Positions 28,667-38,611 of a stretch of 64,000 bases of DNA are shown here, piece after piece; positions within the stretch are counted from its first letter, which is position 1, and the number at the start of each line of letters is the position of its first letter. The translations under genes were made by a program, and so were the position numbers. Under the pieces are notes generated by a model. It was not told the origin of the DNA. It made no database searches and saw nothing but the letters and a program-made list of their open reading frames with translations. This stretch comes from Oligoflexales bacterium (GTDB lineage Bacteria > Bdellovibrionota_B > Oligoflexia > Oligoflexales > CAIYRB01), in contig JBGSUI010000191.1 of the NCBI GenBank assembly GCA_041736175.1, forward strand, positions 1-64,000. Direction: 5' to 3'.

Positions 28667-31126
28667 TTAAGAGCGAAAAAATCGACCTCTGGAGACCAGT
28701 TGATCCCACCTTCTTAGGAGGACTTCAAGAGGTATCAATAAAAATAAAGCAATGATCCACTGGCGATTGAACGACCAATAGTAATCTTTAATCGTGCGAA
28801 ATCTTGTGGGAAGGGAAACCCCTTCCTGACCTGTGACTTGGGAAACCCATACTTTCATTTCATCTAAACCCTGGTCTAAAGACATGGCTTGGAGCTGTGG
28901 ACCAGCCTTTGGGTCGGAGAGTTGCGGTGATGGTCGATCTTTTGCTACGGTATCAATCAATATAAGTTTGCTTTCTGCCAATTGGGAGAGTTCACCGAGT
29001 TTGTGGGGAGCGGGATGGAGTTCGCTATCGCGGTAGGTTTCAGGAAAGACTCCTGTAATGGCAGCTTTAACGGACCCAAAGGCCGCATGGTTGCCGTCGA
29101 TTGAAAAAGGACATTGTGTCCCCCCGATAAGAGCTGTGGGGAGTTGGGCCGACAATTCAATTTCGGTATCTCCGTGTCGATGGACCAAAAGTTTGTCTGG
29201 AGGAATGGAATTTCCACAAGCAGTGACTTTCCATTCTTCGCTGAGTTGGAAGTATCGTACAGAGGGCCCTTGGAGCGTCACTCGAAAGGAGGGCGGGCCA
29301 TCCTTTTGCGAAGCAAAAGTCAAAGACTTAGCGATCAGCGGCTTTTTAAGGTCTTGTCGCATCAACCAGGTCATCGCACTATGCATAAACTGGTTGTAGA
29401 CCTGCCGCGATACATCTTGGTCCATAGTCATGCCCAGTCGCCAAAAAGTGTCGGAAAAGAGCCACAGAGCACGACCTTTTCCAGGATAGGATGCAACGGC
29501 AAGGGGGATTTTCGCTGTTTGAGGGGAGGTCGGAATTCCATATAGGAGCACTGTTGACTCTTTGGCACGAAACCGCGCGCGGTCCATTCGATGGATACCG
29601 CGCGCAGTGCTCCATTGGCCTAGGGACCGGGATAGACTATCCCAATCATCGTAGACATTGGCAAGCGCCCGCTGGTTGGCCTCGGGAACACCCATTTCAA
29701 TCTTAAATTCCATTTTTGGATCGTAGGCTATACTGAGGTCACTGGGTTTTTCAGGTTCTGTCATCGGAGACGGTGTGTCCTGATCGAGATCCCAGGGATC
29801 TAATCCAAACCCACCAGGGTTATTGAGAGACATCTTTTCGTCGATTTCAAAGGGCAAAATTGATTTGAGCGGAGAGTTAATCAAATCAGAAGATGTAAGT
29901 GCGCGGGGTCCCCCTAAAAAAAGTAGACCGCCGCCATTTTGTACAAACCTAACTAAGTTTGCTTGATATTCAGGAAGCAAAAACTGAAATAAAGTAAAAT
30001 TTTGAATGATAACGACTCGAAAGTTAGGCAGCTCCTCCTTAAAAAGTCTCTCCACGGGAAAGGGTATAAGGCTTAATTCTCTTTCGTTGACCTGCTGGCT
30101 ATCCCAAGGATCTCGTAAGATGAAAAAACTAATGAGATCGTATTTAGGTTCGCCCTTAAGGTACCGTCGTAAAAACCTTCCATCCCAGCTGGGACTGCCC
30201 AATAAGTGCAGAACTCCAAAGGTATTGGGAAGAACTTCGATTTGGGCAAAGGCCACATTATCCCATAGGATAGCTTCGGACGCTAAAGGGAGGGCTCGGA
30301 TCTCGATCAGGTGTTGGCCTTTTGGGAGTGATGGCAAGACGGTCTCAGCGATCACCTCTTGTTCCCCAGCCCTAAACTTAACATTGACCGTTACCGGTGG
30401 CTGTGGAGCCGCGACGAGCTGAACTTGGACGATTTCTTCGGTCTCATAGTGACTTCGCCCTAGGGTGACTTGAACGGTCAGTGGTTTGTTTTCGAATGAA
30501 AAGGGTGCAATCTTTGGAGTCTTGAGCCACAGGTTAGAAATCTCATCATCTTGAAATCCAACGATCATCCCGCGCTGGGAGCCGGACCCCTTAAGGGTGG
30601 ATTTCCATGGTTCCGAAGGTTGTGAATCGGCGCCATCGGTGATGAGGATCCAGGGCTCTTGGGGATTTTTATAGATCCAGGTGTCCAGGTGTTTTGAGAG
30701 GGGAGTCCACCCCCTAGCAACGGTGGGGTCTAGATCACTGAGTTTAGTGGTTTTAAGGGAGCAGCCTAAACGCTGGCATTCGGATTCCAGTTGCTGGATC
30801 ATGATTCCAGACTGTTCCGCGAGGGTCGGCTTTTGGGAGGTCGACATACTGACCGAGTCATCAAGGAGAACCCGAATGGATTTAAGCGCAACGGTTCTGG
30901 GCAACGGCTCATGATCGGTTTTAGGAAAAAAAGCCAATACGATAGGAAGAGTCCAAGCGAGGCGGCATAACAAAGCCAGTCCGCCTCGGATCATTCCTAA
31001 ACTGATCGACCATTGGACCAATAGGATCAGATGCAACGATGCATAGAGTACCGTTCCGTAAAGGGCCCAATCTTCAAAATTGGTGGGCAAGAGTTCCTTA
31101 AAGGTCTTAAAATCCTTGAAATCCAA
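28667..31126 (-). CDS. membrane vWA / GATase1-like protein of a MoxR operon
   Basis: LLDDSVSM (MIDAS), ITDG, LRRYLK.P.YDLISFFILR, ELSLIPFP..LF, FV.NGGGLLFLGG, GKGRAL, C-terminal EVLLRR. Confidence 0.8.
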   Translation of the reverse strand: MDFKDFKTFKELLPTNFEDWALYGTVLYASLHLILLVQWSISLGMIRGGLALLCRLAWTLPIVLAFFPKTDHEPLPRTVALKSIRVLLDDSVSMSTSQKPTLAEQSGIMIQQLESECQRLGCSLKTTKLSDLDPTVARGWTPLSKHLDTWIYKNPQEPWILITDGADSQPSEPWKSTLKGSGSQRGMIVGFQDDEISNLWLKTPKIAPFSFENKPLTVQVTLGRSHYETEEIVQVQLVAAPQPPVTVNVKFRAGEQEVIAETVLPSLPKGQHLIEIRALPLASEAILWDNVAFAQIEVLPNTFGVLHLLGSPSWDGRFLRRYLKGEPKYDLISFFILRDPWDSQQVNERELSLIPFPVERLFKEELPNFRVVIIQNFTLFQFLLPEYQANLVRFVQNGGGLLFLGGPRALTSSDLINSPLKSILPFEIDEKMSLNNPGGFGLDPWDLDQDTPSPMTEPEKPSDLSIAYDPKMEFKIEMGVPEANQRALANVYDDWDSLSRSLGQWSTARGIHRMDRARFRAKESTVLLYGIPTSPQTAKIPLAVASYPGKGRALWLFSDTFWRLGMTMDQDVSRQVYNQFMHSAMTWLMRQDLKKPLIAKSLTFASQKDGPPSFRVTLQGPSVRYFQLSEEWKVTACGNSIPPDKLLVHRHGDTEIELSAQLPTALIGGTQCPFSIDGNHAAFGSVKAAITGVFPETYRDSELHPAPHKLGELSQLAESKLILIDTVAKDRPSPQLSDPKAGPQLQAMSLDQGLDEMKVWVSQVTGQEGVSLPTRFRTIKDYYWSFNRQWIIALFLLIPLEVLLRRWDQLVSRGRFFRS

Positions 31127-31130
31127 TGGT

Positions 31131-33791
31131 TCACCTGAGTCTTTTTAGTATTTCTGGGAGATGAATCTGGTCTTTTTTATAGTCAGTCGCCAGGGCTACC
31201 ATGATGAGATTTACAAAGACTCGCGTCGAGTACTCTTGGTCCATAGGTCGTCCACAGTTTGGTTTTAGGCGTTTGTCTTTGAGACTATCGAGAAATCCAT
31301 AGGGGATTGCAAGGATGGCAAGCCGCCCATCAAACTGTAGGCCACGCCATATCTCCCCCTGGCAATCCGGCAAGGCATCGATCAGATAAAAGCTACGCAT
31401 CAGTTCATGGTCGGGGGGGAGGGGAAGCCAAGGAGTCACTTCGGCGGTACCCAGGTTTTTTGTGAGCTGTTGGAGTTGATTTGTAGATAGGTTAGTTTCT
31501 AGGACTAGAAAACCACCGCGCCTGAGCCACATCATCAAATCGTTGGTAAATGAGCCTATGGGGGAGCCCTTTAGGGAGCCTTCGCCGCCTGCTTTTATGG
31601 ATGTATCTGGGGTGATCAGGCCGTTTATGTCAGAGATCCAGATCCAGGGGAGAGTCAGAGAGGAGCCGTCTAGTTGCAGTACCCTAAATGGGGCTGAGGT
31701 TAGCTCGATGCTGGTCCTTGCAGAGACTTCTTTGGCCAAAAATTTAATGCTTAGATTGGCGTCCTTATTGCCATAAACCCCAAACTCTACCTTGGCATAA
31801 CTCAGATCCCCATGGACCCAACCTAGAAAAGCTCCTATCCATAGGGGAGCCAGGCGCATTTTAGTTATTTTGTGGACCTTGACCCCCAACCAAGCTAGGA
31901 GTTCGAGTCCGGTCAGGGCGATGAGCAACATAAAAACCAGCTTGATCCAAGGAACTGGATCATCCATATCCCTTTTCATGGGCACTGTTTTGGCGAGATT
32001 GTTTTGCAGGGGATTCCAGATGGGTGGTAGGTCTGTCGAGTCCATGGTGTTTAGATCGCTCTCGCCGATGGGAACGTTGGAAATCTGTGTGGGTTTTTCT
32101 ATATCTGTTTGATCCCAGAGGTCGGTGGCGATATCGGCAAACCGAGGCCACTCGGACTTACGAGATAGGGTTTGTCGTTGGTAAAGACCCTGCCAGGTGA
32201 GCAGATCTCGGACCAAGATGGGTAGTTTTGCAAAACTTAGTCCCAATGATTTTTGCGGAGCTAACGGCATCGTAAAGGCGACAATACTTTTGAAAAAGTA
32301 GGCCAGGGCATCTCCCTGGGTTCCAAGGGTGCCACCTATCTGCTTGCCACCGATGGATGGAAGGAGGGTCACCCAATCTTTACGGGTATGAACATGCTCA
32401 CAGGCTGCGACTTTGAATGCCCCATTCTTAGGTAGCAGACGCCCAAGACAGCGGCACATCTCAAAATAGTCGATTTGGGTATTGAGGGGAGCCAGCCATA
32501 CATTCCCAAGGGGAGTCTCATCATTGGTAGGAGAGCCTGATGGATCTTTGACTTGATGGGTGGTCGGACAAAACCGCTCTGCTTGGGTGCTGTCACCTCC
32601 GGCGATAATCAGCAGATCTCGCGTTGTGTCGAGGGTTTTACCTTGGTCGATAAAATCCTTACGCTCCATGGTAAACCCTAAGGTGTCGAGAGAGGCCATA
32701 AGGGGACCTAAGGGATCTTCTAAGGACTGTTCTCCCGAGTTTTCGGCGATGACCATAATATTTTGCTTTTTGCTACTATAATAGGCATAAAATCGATCAT
32801 CTAATAGGATTTGATTCTCGATTTTAGGTTGTTGGTCAGCGATCTGGAAGACCACAAATGGGTTTGTCCCCTGAAGACTGCCCTTAGGGGGTGGAGTGGT
32901 TTGCCAGTCAACACGGTATGTTTGGCGTTTTCGTCCGGGACTCATGGCAAAACGATGTTCTTTGATCGTTTGATTTTCATAAACGACCTGAAGAGTTCCT
33001 TGATACTCCCCCTCGTCAAAGGTTCGAGAAATCTCGATATCCCACTCAGAGGATGTGGACCCGGGCGAAGCCTGAAGCTGGGTCAACATCTGTGCATTGT
33101 TGATATAGAGGTTGCCACCTCCACTCTGGGGCTTTGAGGTGTCGACGAGGTAGACTTCGGCTTCGTCTCTTAAAAAATTCCAGTTAAAGTCAATCCAGGT
33201 GTGTTGGTCTCTGTCAGAAACGATATAGATATGATCGACGTCAACTCCCAATGCCATGGTTTTTTTAATAGCCTCACCCAACTTTAAGCCTGCCCGATGA
33301 AAATCTAAGGTTTGGAGCATTCTATCGAAATCTTCGCAGTGATCGAAGGAGTATACCTCTTTTTTATGGCTTGTGGCCCCCTGAACTTTTCCGTTGCCGA
33401 TAAGCTGATCGCAGGTTGCTTTAACAAGAATTTTTAGATCTTCGAGGGAGATATGGCGGCTGACCGAGGGGCTAAAGTCGACAAATATAAGATGTTTTGA
33501 CTGATTAGGGTCAAAGGTCCGAAAGATTTGCGATTTTGGTTTGGTCGATAAGAATAACAGGGCACCTAAGATCCCTAAGAAACATAAAAAAGCGACCAGG
33601 GGAGGCACTCTGATCATAATTTTGGGTAAAATCCGCGATTCAAGTGGCAAAATCCGAATCGTTGGCAACCAAATACGGTCTTCTTTTCTGCGAACAATCC
33701 ACCATAAAAATCCAGCTACTAAGCAGGTTCCCAAGAGTCCCATGGTGAACATCGTGGGTGTATACATTAAGGGACCTAATGTTTCGCCCAT
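31131..33791 (-). CDS. BatA-like/vWA + DUF4159 fusion protein
   Basis: N-terminal TM and WLPTIRIL, VDFSPS, VSD; C-terminal LPPDHELMRSFYL...VNLIMVALATDYKKDQIHLPEILKRL. Confidence 0.8.
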   Translation of the reverse strand: MGETLGPLMYTPTMFTMGLLGTCLVAGFLWWIVRRKEDRIWLPTIRILPLESRILPKIMIRVPPLVAFLCFLGILGALLFLSTKPKSQIFRTFDPNQSKHLIFVDFSPSVSRHISLEDLKILVKATCDQLIGNGKVQGATSHKKEVYSFDHCEDFDRMLQTLDFHRAGLKLGEAIKKTMALGVDVDHIYIVSDRDQHTWIDFNWNFLRDEAEVYLVDTSKPQSGGGNLYINNAQMLTQLQASPGSTSSEWDIEISRTFDEGEYQGTLQVVYENQTIKEHRFAMSPGRKRQTYRVDWQTTPPPKGSLQGTNPFVVFQIADQQPKIENQILLDDRFYAYYSSKKQNIMVIAENSGEQSLEDPLGPLMASLDTLGFTMERKDFIDQGKTLDTTRDLLIIAGGDSTQAERFCPTTHQVKDPSGSPTNDETPLGNVWLAPLNTQIDYFEMCRCLGRLLPKNGAFKVAACEHVHTRKDWVTLLPSIGGKQIGGTLGTQGDALAYFFKSIVAFTMPLAPQKSLGLSFAKLPILVRDLLTWQGLYQRQTLSRKSEWPRFADIATDLWDQTDIEKPTQISNVPIGESDLNTMDSTDLPPIWNPLQNNLAKTVPMKRDMDDPVPWIKLVFMLLIALTGLELLAWLGVKVHKITKMRLAPLWIGAFLGWVHGDLSYAKVEFGVYGNKDANLSIKFLAKEVSARTSIELTSAPFRVLQLDGSSLTLPWIWISDINGLITPDTSIKAGGEGSLKGSPIGSFTNDLMMWLRRGGFLVLETNLSTNQLQQLTKNLGTAEVTPWLPLPPDHELMRSFYLIDALPDCQGEIWRGLQFDGRLAILAIPYGFLDSLKDKRLKPNCGRPMDQEYSTRVFVNLIMVALATDYKKDQIHLPEILKRLR

Positions 33792-34801
33792 TAAGAAGCT
33801 CCAACATTAGAAGATACATTTAAGCTTTTGAAGTAATCAAAGATCATTTTAGTAAAGAGGTCGATTCGGGTGTCGTTGGTCACCAAAAAGTAGGAGGCGT
33901 TGGTGTGATTCAGAGACTTTCTTATATCCTCCCTCCAATGGTCAAGTTCCTTTTGGTACCATTGATTTTCCAGGAGAGTATGGCCCAGGTACTGCTTTTT
34001 GATATGGGTTTCGTCGTAATAAAGGGCCTGGCTGCTCACCCAAGAAATATCAGCCTCTAGAGAACTCAGTAAGTGTAGCATGAGTTGTTTGCGAGCGAAT
34101 CCAAGGAAGAGTTTGAAATCAGCATCTCCCAGGCCATCTCCTATCCAATAGCCAAGGTCATGGCGGGTCCTTTCCAGGTGGGCTTGGTGGAAGACTCGGG
34201 AGGTGAGTGTCCCGTTAAATCTCTCAGTTTCTAGTTCTGTAAAAAGTTGTCTAAGCTCGGTGATCGATTTGGGTTGCAACCGGGCAGAGGGGCTAAGGTC
34301 GCGGTCCTTTACGACAGCCCAGATTTGGACTTCGTCGCCCATCTTTAGGTGTAGAGAACCTAGAAAAAAGCCGATACGCAAAGCGATTTCAGATTTCTTT
34401 GGGACTGTATTGGCTAGACTCCGCTGCTTGAGGTCCTCGGGAGGCCAATTCATGGACTCGCTTAGGTCGATGCCGATCAGCACTTTGGCCGTCGACTCGT
34501 CCCGGACTTGGCGAATCAGAAGCTGGTCAGTCCTTGCAAACGCACGCCAGTCGATCGCCTGGATGGGATCTCCAGGGGAGTAAAGGCGGGTTGTTTCAAT
34601 CAGACGCGACGGTCTACGCAAGGGGTTTAGAAAGCTACCCATAGGTTTAGAGCTAGCTTTAAGAAACGAGCTATGGAGGTCTTCCCCCAGATCCGGTGTC
34701 AAGGAGGCCAGGGTTGCTTTTTTTTCAGCTGTTTCGAGAGCGTTACCTTTGGTCACAAGATCACCCAATCCCAAGGGCGAGGTTTTTTTGGGTTTCTTCA
34801 A
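33791..34801 (-). CDS. DUF58-domain protein
   Basis: RLYSPGDP..IDWRAFARTD.L.IR, IDLSESM. Confidence 0.85.
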   Translation of the reverse strand: MKKPKKTSPLGLGDLVTKGNALETAEKKATLASLTPDLGEDLHSSFLKASSKPMGSFLNPLRRPSRLIETTRLYSPGDPIQAIDWRAFARTDQLLIRQVRDESTAKVLIGIDLSESMNWPPEDLKQRSLANTVPKKSEIALRIGFFLGSLHLKMGDEVQIWAVVKDRDLSPSARLQPKSITELRQLFTELETERFNGTLTSRVFHQAHLERTRHDLGYWIGDGLGDADFKLFLGFARKQLMLHLLSSLEADISWVSSQALYYDETHIKKQYLGHTLLENQWYQKELDHWREDIRKSLNHTNASYFLVTNDTRIDLFTKMIFDYFKSLNVSSNVGAS

Positions 34802-35834
34802 ATCGGTTCATGATTTCGGAAATGATCTTATCCTCGTTAAAGCCTTCTCTCATAGCTTGGGCGGTCAAACGAATCCGGTGACGGAGGACGGGGTAGGCCA
34901 TGCGCTTGATGTGTTTCCAGGTGACAGATTCGCTCGCTTCTACGACCGCAAAGGCTTTGGCCATAGAAATAAGCGCGATTCCCGCCCGTGGTCCTGCTCC
35001 ATACCAAATCATAGATTTTAGTTTGTCCGGGCACTGGATTTCATGGGGACGGGTATAACGGATGAGTTGGGCAATCCCTTGGACGAGACCGTCATCGATT
35101 CGGGTACCCCGAGTCAGCGCCATGAGCCTTTGAATCGAATCGGGGGCGACCGATGGTCCCGCCTTGAGAGATTCTGTAAACTGTTCACCAATGAGTTCGC
35201 CCTTTGCATGTTCTTTGAGGATCGTGGTCTCTGACTCCAGGTCGGGGTAGTCCACGAGGGAGTGAACCAAGAAGCGGTCCAACTGGGCCTCAGGTAGGGG
35301 GAAGGTCCCCTCCGATTCATAGGGGTTTTGCGTTGCAAAGACCATAAAGGGTGGAGGTAGCTTGTTGCGTTTGCCGCCGACGGTCACAAATCGTTCTTGC
35401 ATTGCTTCTAGCAGTGCAGACTGGGTTCTCGGAGAGGCTCGGTTGATCTCATCGGCTAGGAGTAGGTTGGTAAAAATAGGGCCAGGGGCAAAACTAAAGG
35501 CTCGGTGGCCTGTCGTCGGGTCGAGGTTTAAGATGTCTGAACCTACGATGTCCGATGGCAAGAGGTCTGGGGTAAATTGGATTCTTGAAAACTGAAGTCC
35601 TAACTGGTGGGCAAAAACTCTGACTAAGGTTGTCTTTGCGAGGCCAGGAGCCCCCGTCATGAGGATATGGCCACCTGCGAGAAAAGCGCAAAGGGTTTCG
35701 GTGATCAGGTTTTCTTGGCCAAAGATGGCTCCCATAGTCTGGGATTTGATCTGCAGGAGGATATGGTGGGTCTCCTCGCGGCTAAGGGCCGGACCAGACT
35801 GTGAGTCTTGGGTGTTTATACCTAATCCAGACAT
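34761..35834 (-). CDS. MoxR-family AAA+ ATPase
   Basis: GAPGLAKT, RIQFTPDLLPSD, LLADEINRASPRTQSALLEAMQE, ATQNP, LPEAQLDRF. Confidence 0.95.
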   Translation of the reverse strand: MSGLGINTQDSQSGPALSREETHHILLQIKSQTMGAIFGQENLITETLCAFLAGGHILMTGAPGLAKTTLVRVFAHQLGLQFSRIQFTPDLLPSDIVGSDILNLDPTTGHRAFSFAPGPIFTNLLLADEINRASPRTQSALLEAMQERFVTVGGKRNKLPPPFMVFATQNPYESEGTFPLPEAQLDRFLVHSLVDYPDLESETTILKEHAKGELIGEQFTESLKAGPSVAPDSIQRLMALTRGTRIDDGLVQGIAQLIRYTRPHEIQCPDKLKSMIWYGAGPRAGIALISMAKAFAVVEASESVTWKHIKRMAYPVLRHRIRLTAQAMREGFNEDKIISEIMNRFEETQKNLALGIG

Positions 35835-35914
35835 GGCGATCTCCTAGGTCTCAGGGGCATGTAGACAATTAACTCCATTATACTCATATGCCTGAGGAGA
35901 CGCCGAGATTAAAT

Positions 35915-36808
35915 TTAGGTGCCTGTCCCCGTGCCGGTCGATGTCCCAGTCCCTGATGAAGTTGCCGTTCCCGTGGACACTCCCGTGCTGGTTGTGGTTC
36001 CGGTGCTTGTTGCTGTGTTAGTCCCTGAAGATGTGGTGGGCTTATAACCGAGGTTTTCCATGGTTACTTTTGGACAAGAGTCTGCAGGAGCGCCAGCGGC
36101 TGATTTTTCTCCAAGCCAAATCGATTTATAAACTGCGTTTTGATTGATGTTTGCAAAGTGAAGTGTCGTTTTTCCAACTCCATCGGTGGAACACCCATAT
36201 AAGATCAAGCCTTCTCCCGAAAATTTAGCGAATTCTGGCTCTAGCTTTGATTTATAGCTTGGGAATTTTTCCAAAACTCCCGACTGGGTGCAGCAGAAGG
36301 CGGCAAGGCTTTCTCCACAAGATCCTGATTTACCTGGATTGGCCTTGTTGACCGCAATCCAGATCTTTCCCTGTTCGGCGCATCCGGTGAGTCCAAGACC
36401 GGGGGTCCAGGCAGTTCCATCACCCGATGGAGGAGTCCCACCAGGGCTTGCCGTACCCCCACCAGGTGCCCCAGAGTCAGTCGGGGCGGGTTTATTGGTA
36501 GGAGCGCATTGGGTGGCGGGTTGGCCCACTTGGGGACCTGTGCCCGTTTGGCCTTGGGTGGTCCCTGCATCCGCGGTCTCGCCCGGGGCATCGTTTGCCG
36601 GTGCGGCCTCATCCCCTTGGGTCAAGCAGGCAGGATCGATGGACGGAGACTGGGGCTTGGCGTCAACTTTTGTCCCTGTTGCGACGGGAGCTGCGGCCCC
36701 TTTATCTTTTTTCTTAGAGCCACCATCGCAGGCTGAAAAAACCCCGAGATGGATGGTTGTAAAAGCGAGAAAAAATCCAACGGCGTTATTGTTTTTCACA
36801 ACTTTCAT
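35915..36808 (-). CDS. Cys-containing lipoprotein with Thr/Ser/Gly-rich tail
   Basis: Lipobox FSAC, low-complexity P/A/G linker, Cys-rich domain, TSTGT-type repeats at the C-terminus. Confidence 0.7.
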   Translation of the reverse strand: MKVVKNNNAVGFFLAFTTIHLGVFSACDGGSKKKDKGAAAPVATGTKVDAKPQSPSIDPACLTQGDEAAPANDAPGETADAGTTQGQTGTGPQVGQPATQCAPTNKPAPTDSGAPGGGTASPGGTPPSGDGTAWTPGLGLTGCAEQGKIWIAVNKANPGKSGSCGESLAAFCCTQSGVLEKFPSYKSKLEPEFAKFSGEGLILYGCSTDGVGKTTLHFANINQNAVYKSIWLGEKSAAGAPADSCPKVTMENLGYKPTTSSGTNTATSTGTTTSTGVSTGTATSSGTGTSTGTGTGT

Positions 36809-36853
36809 ATTGGTCTCCGTTTTCCTGGTGAGGTTATCTTGGCTGATATCAGT

Positions 36854-36912
36854 CTATCGGCCAAATTCCTTGGTATCTTAACTCCTATCGGTCTGATGGT
36901 TGAAAAACTCAA
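36854..36912 (-). promoter_or_regulatory. tandem sigma28-like promoters
   Basis: TTAAG-N15-GCCGATAG (36854-36881) and TTGAG-N15-ACCGATAG (36885-36912). Confidence 0.6.
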
Positions 36913-37139
36913 ATGCTCCCTTTAATCGTTCAAAAATATTAACTAAGTTTTGTTTCATAAACGATGACTTTGAAGTGGGTGTGTTAAGTAAACGTGGAGG
37001 ACTGATATGTGGGGCTTTTGTACCCAAAGTTTGTCATTTGCAAATCCCTCGGACCTTATGCCATACCTTTGGGGACACAGAGGTCGCCGTGAGGCATTGC
37101 CTCAATTTCTAACCCCATCTGTCACAAAAGGATCTATTT

Positions 37140-37379
37140 ATGAAGCGAATTGTTGTCAAAATGTTGAGGTTTCACCAAGGAATCACAGCTAAAAAATCCC
37201 AGTTTGGTGGGGCTGCCTTAGAGTACATTATGGTCACCACCTTTGCGGCTATTATTGGGATCGCGGCCCTAAGTTATACCGGTAAAGCCATAAAAGAGCA
37301 GCTCAAACGCTTAGGCGAACAGATGGGGATTACGGAAGAACCCGAAATCAACTTGCCATTTACCAACAGCACAAATTAA
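37140..37379 (+). CDS. Flp-family (Tad) pilin
   Basis: Basic leader, G|GAALEY with E+5/Y+6, hydrophobic helix, short mature pilin. Confidence 0.8.
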   Translation: MKRIVVKMLRFHQGITAKKSQFGGAALEYIMVTTFAAIIGIAALSYTGKAIKEQLKRLGEQMGITEEPEINLPFTNSTN

Positions 37380-37422
37380 TGATTTACAAATTATAAACAT
37401 TTATAGATTTAGTTGGGTTTCA

Positions 37423-37812
37423 ATGGAAGGACTTTGGTTTCCATGGATGGGCATTTTGTGGACTCTAGCCATGCTTGGCTCTTCGAATTTGGAGCGGCAA
37501 GACCTTGGCTTGCGTCATTTTAAAATGCTCCACTTCCGCGCAACTTTTATGGCAAATCCGCTTAAAGCCAGGAACGAACTTTGTCGGGACGAAAAGTCCA
37601 ATCCTACAAAGGCGACTCTGTTACCTATCTGTTTTATCCAAGTCACCGTACGGGAGAGTGGCGTGGCACAGGATATTTGCCAAGCCGACTTAGGGAGGGC
37701 TGAAGAAACCCTTCCTGGACCCCGTTGGTACGTGATCCAATGGGTCTGTACTGAGAAAAAGGGGGCGGGTTTGAGCGCGTCTCCTCGGCTCAGTTTTAGA
37801 ATAAAACGTTAA
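37423..37812 (+). CDS. hypothetical exported protein with 4 Cys
   Basis: N-terminal hydrophobic segment; directly follows the Flp pilin gene. Confidence 0.45.
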   Translation: MEGLWFPWMGILWTLAMLGSSNLERQDLGLRHFKMLHFRATFMANPLKARNELCRDEKSNPTKATLLPICFIQVTVRESGVAQDICQADLGRAEETLPGPRWYVIQWVCTEKKGAGLSASPRLSFRIKR

Positions 37813-37826
37813 GGATAGGGAGGGGG

Positions 37827-38141
37827 CTAATCCTCCTCTTCCGATTGGTTGATATGCTCTATGTGATCGATAAGAGCCTCTTCATTGGTCACTCGACCGA
37901 TGCCTGACTGCTCGCAAAAGGCGACGATTGAGTCGATCAGGCGCGAAAGTTTTTCTTCTTCAGCACCTAGGGCGGCTATAGCAATTCCGTGGGCTTCTGA
38001 CCGCTGGTTCCCACTGGTACAGGCTGCACACACCTTAAAGCGGCCTCTGATTTTTTCAGCAAGCCGCTTGAGGTCGGTCGTTAAGTCTTGACCCTTCGCG
38101 GATTCCGACTCGATATAAATATGACTCACTGCAAAATACAC
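37827..38141 (-). CDS. DUF503-family protein
   Basis: GTG start at 38141 after AAGGA; LKRLAEKIRGRFKV...IAIAALG...IDSIVAFCE. Confidence 0.65.
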   Translation of the reverse strand: MYFAVSHIYIESESAKGQDLTTDLKRLAEKIRGRFKVCAACTSGNQRSEAHGIAIAALGAEEEKLSRLIDSIVAFCEQSGIGRVTNEEALIDHIEHINQSEEED

Positions 38142-38148
38142 GGGGTCC

Positions 38149-38553
38149 TTAAAGTGTGATCGATAGGGTGGTCGTGGGAGCGTCCTGCTGATAAACCAAA
38201 ATTTCCCAAGCTCCATCCATCATAAAATTAATCTCTTCCACTCTTACGCACTCTCCAGTCGCGGAAACCAACTTTGTAGGAGAGCTTCCATGTCCCATAT
38301 CGGGCATAAAAAGCCTCACTCGCTTAACTTGCGGGGCGTTTTGGAGACAGAGGGAGCCTTGATAAATCCCCGCGCCTTGGACTGGGGTGTCGAATTTAAG
38401 TCTCACCGATCCATGGGGTTCAGATCGACTTTCTAGAATGGTCTCGGAATCATCTGTTCGGTCACACCGACAGTCCTGTCCAAGGGCTTGGGAAGTCGCT
38501 AGGGAGGATATGATAAGCCCCCCCAAAACACTGGTAAGTATGCGGCGTTTCAT
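38149..38553 (-). CDS. YtkA/FixH-like exported protein
   Basis: Signal peptide; LFMPDMGHGSSPT and INFMMDGAWEI motifs. Confidence 0.7.
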   Translation of the reverse strand: MKRRILTSVLGGLIISSLATSQALGQDCRCDRTDDSETILESRSEPHGSVRLKFDTPVQGAGIYQGSLCLQNAPQVKRVRLFMPDMGHGSSPTKLVSATGECVRVEEINFMMDGAWEILVYQQDAPTTTLSITL

Positions 38554-38611
38554 TCTATTTCCTTTTATTTCAAGAAGTTATAAGATGGCTTGGGGATCAA
38601 ACAGCAAAGGT

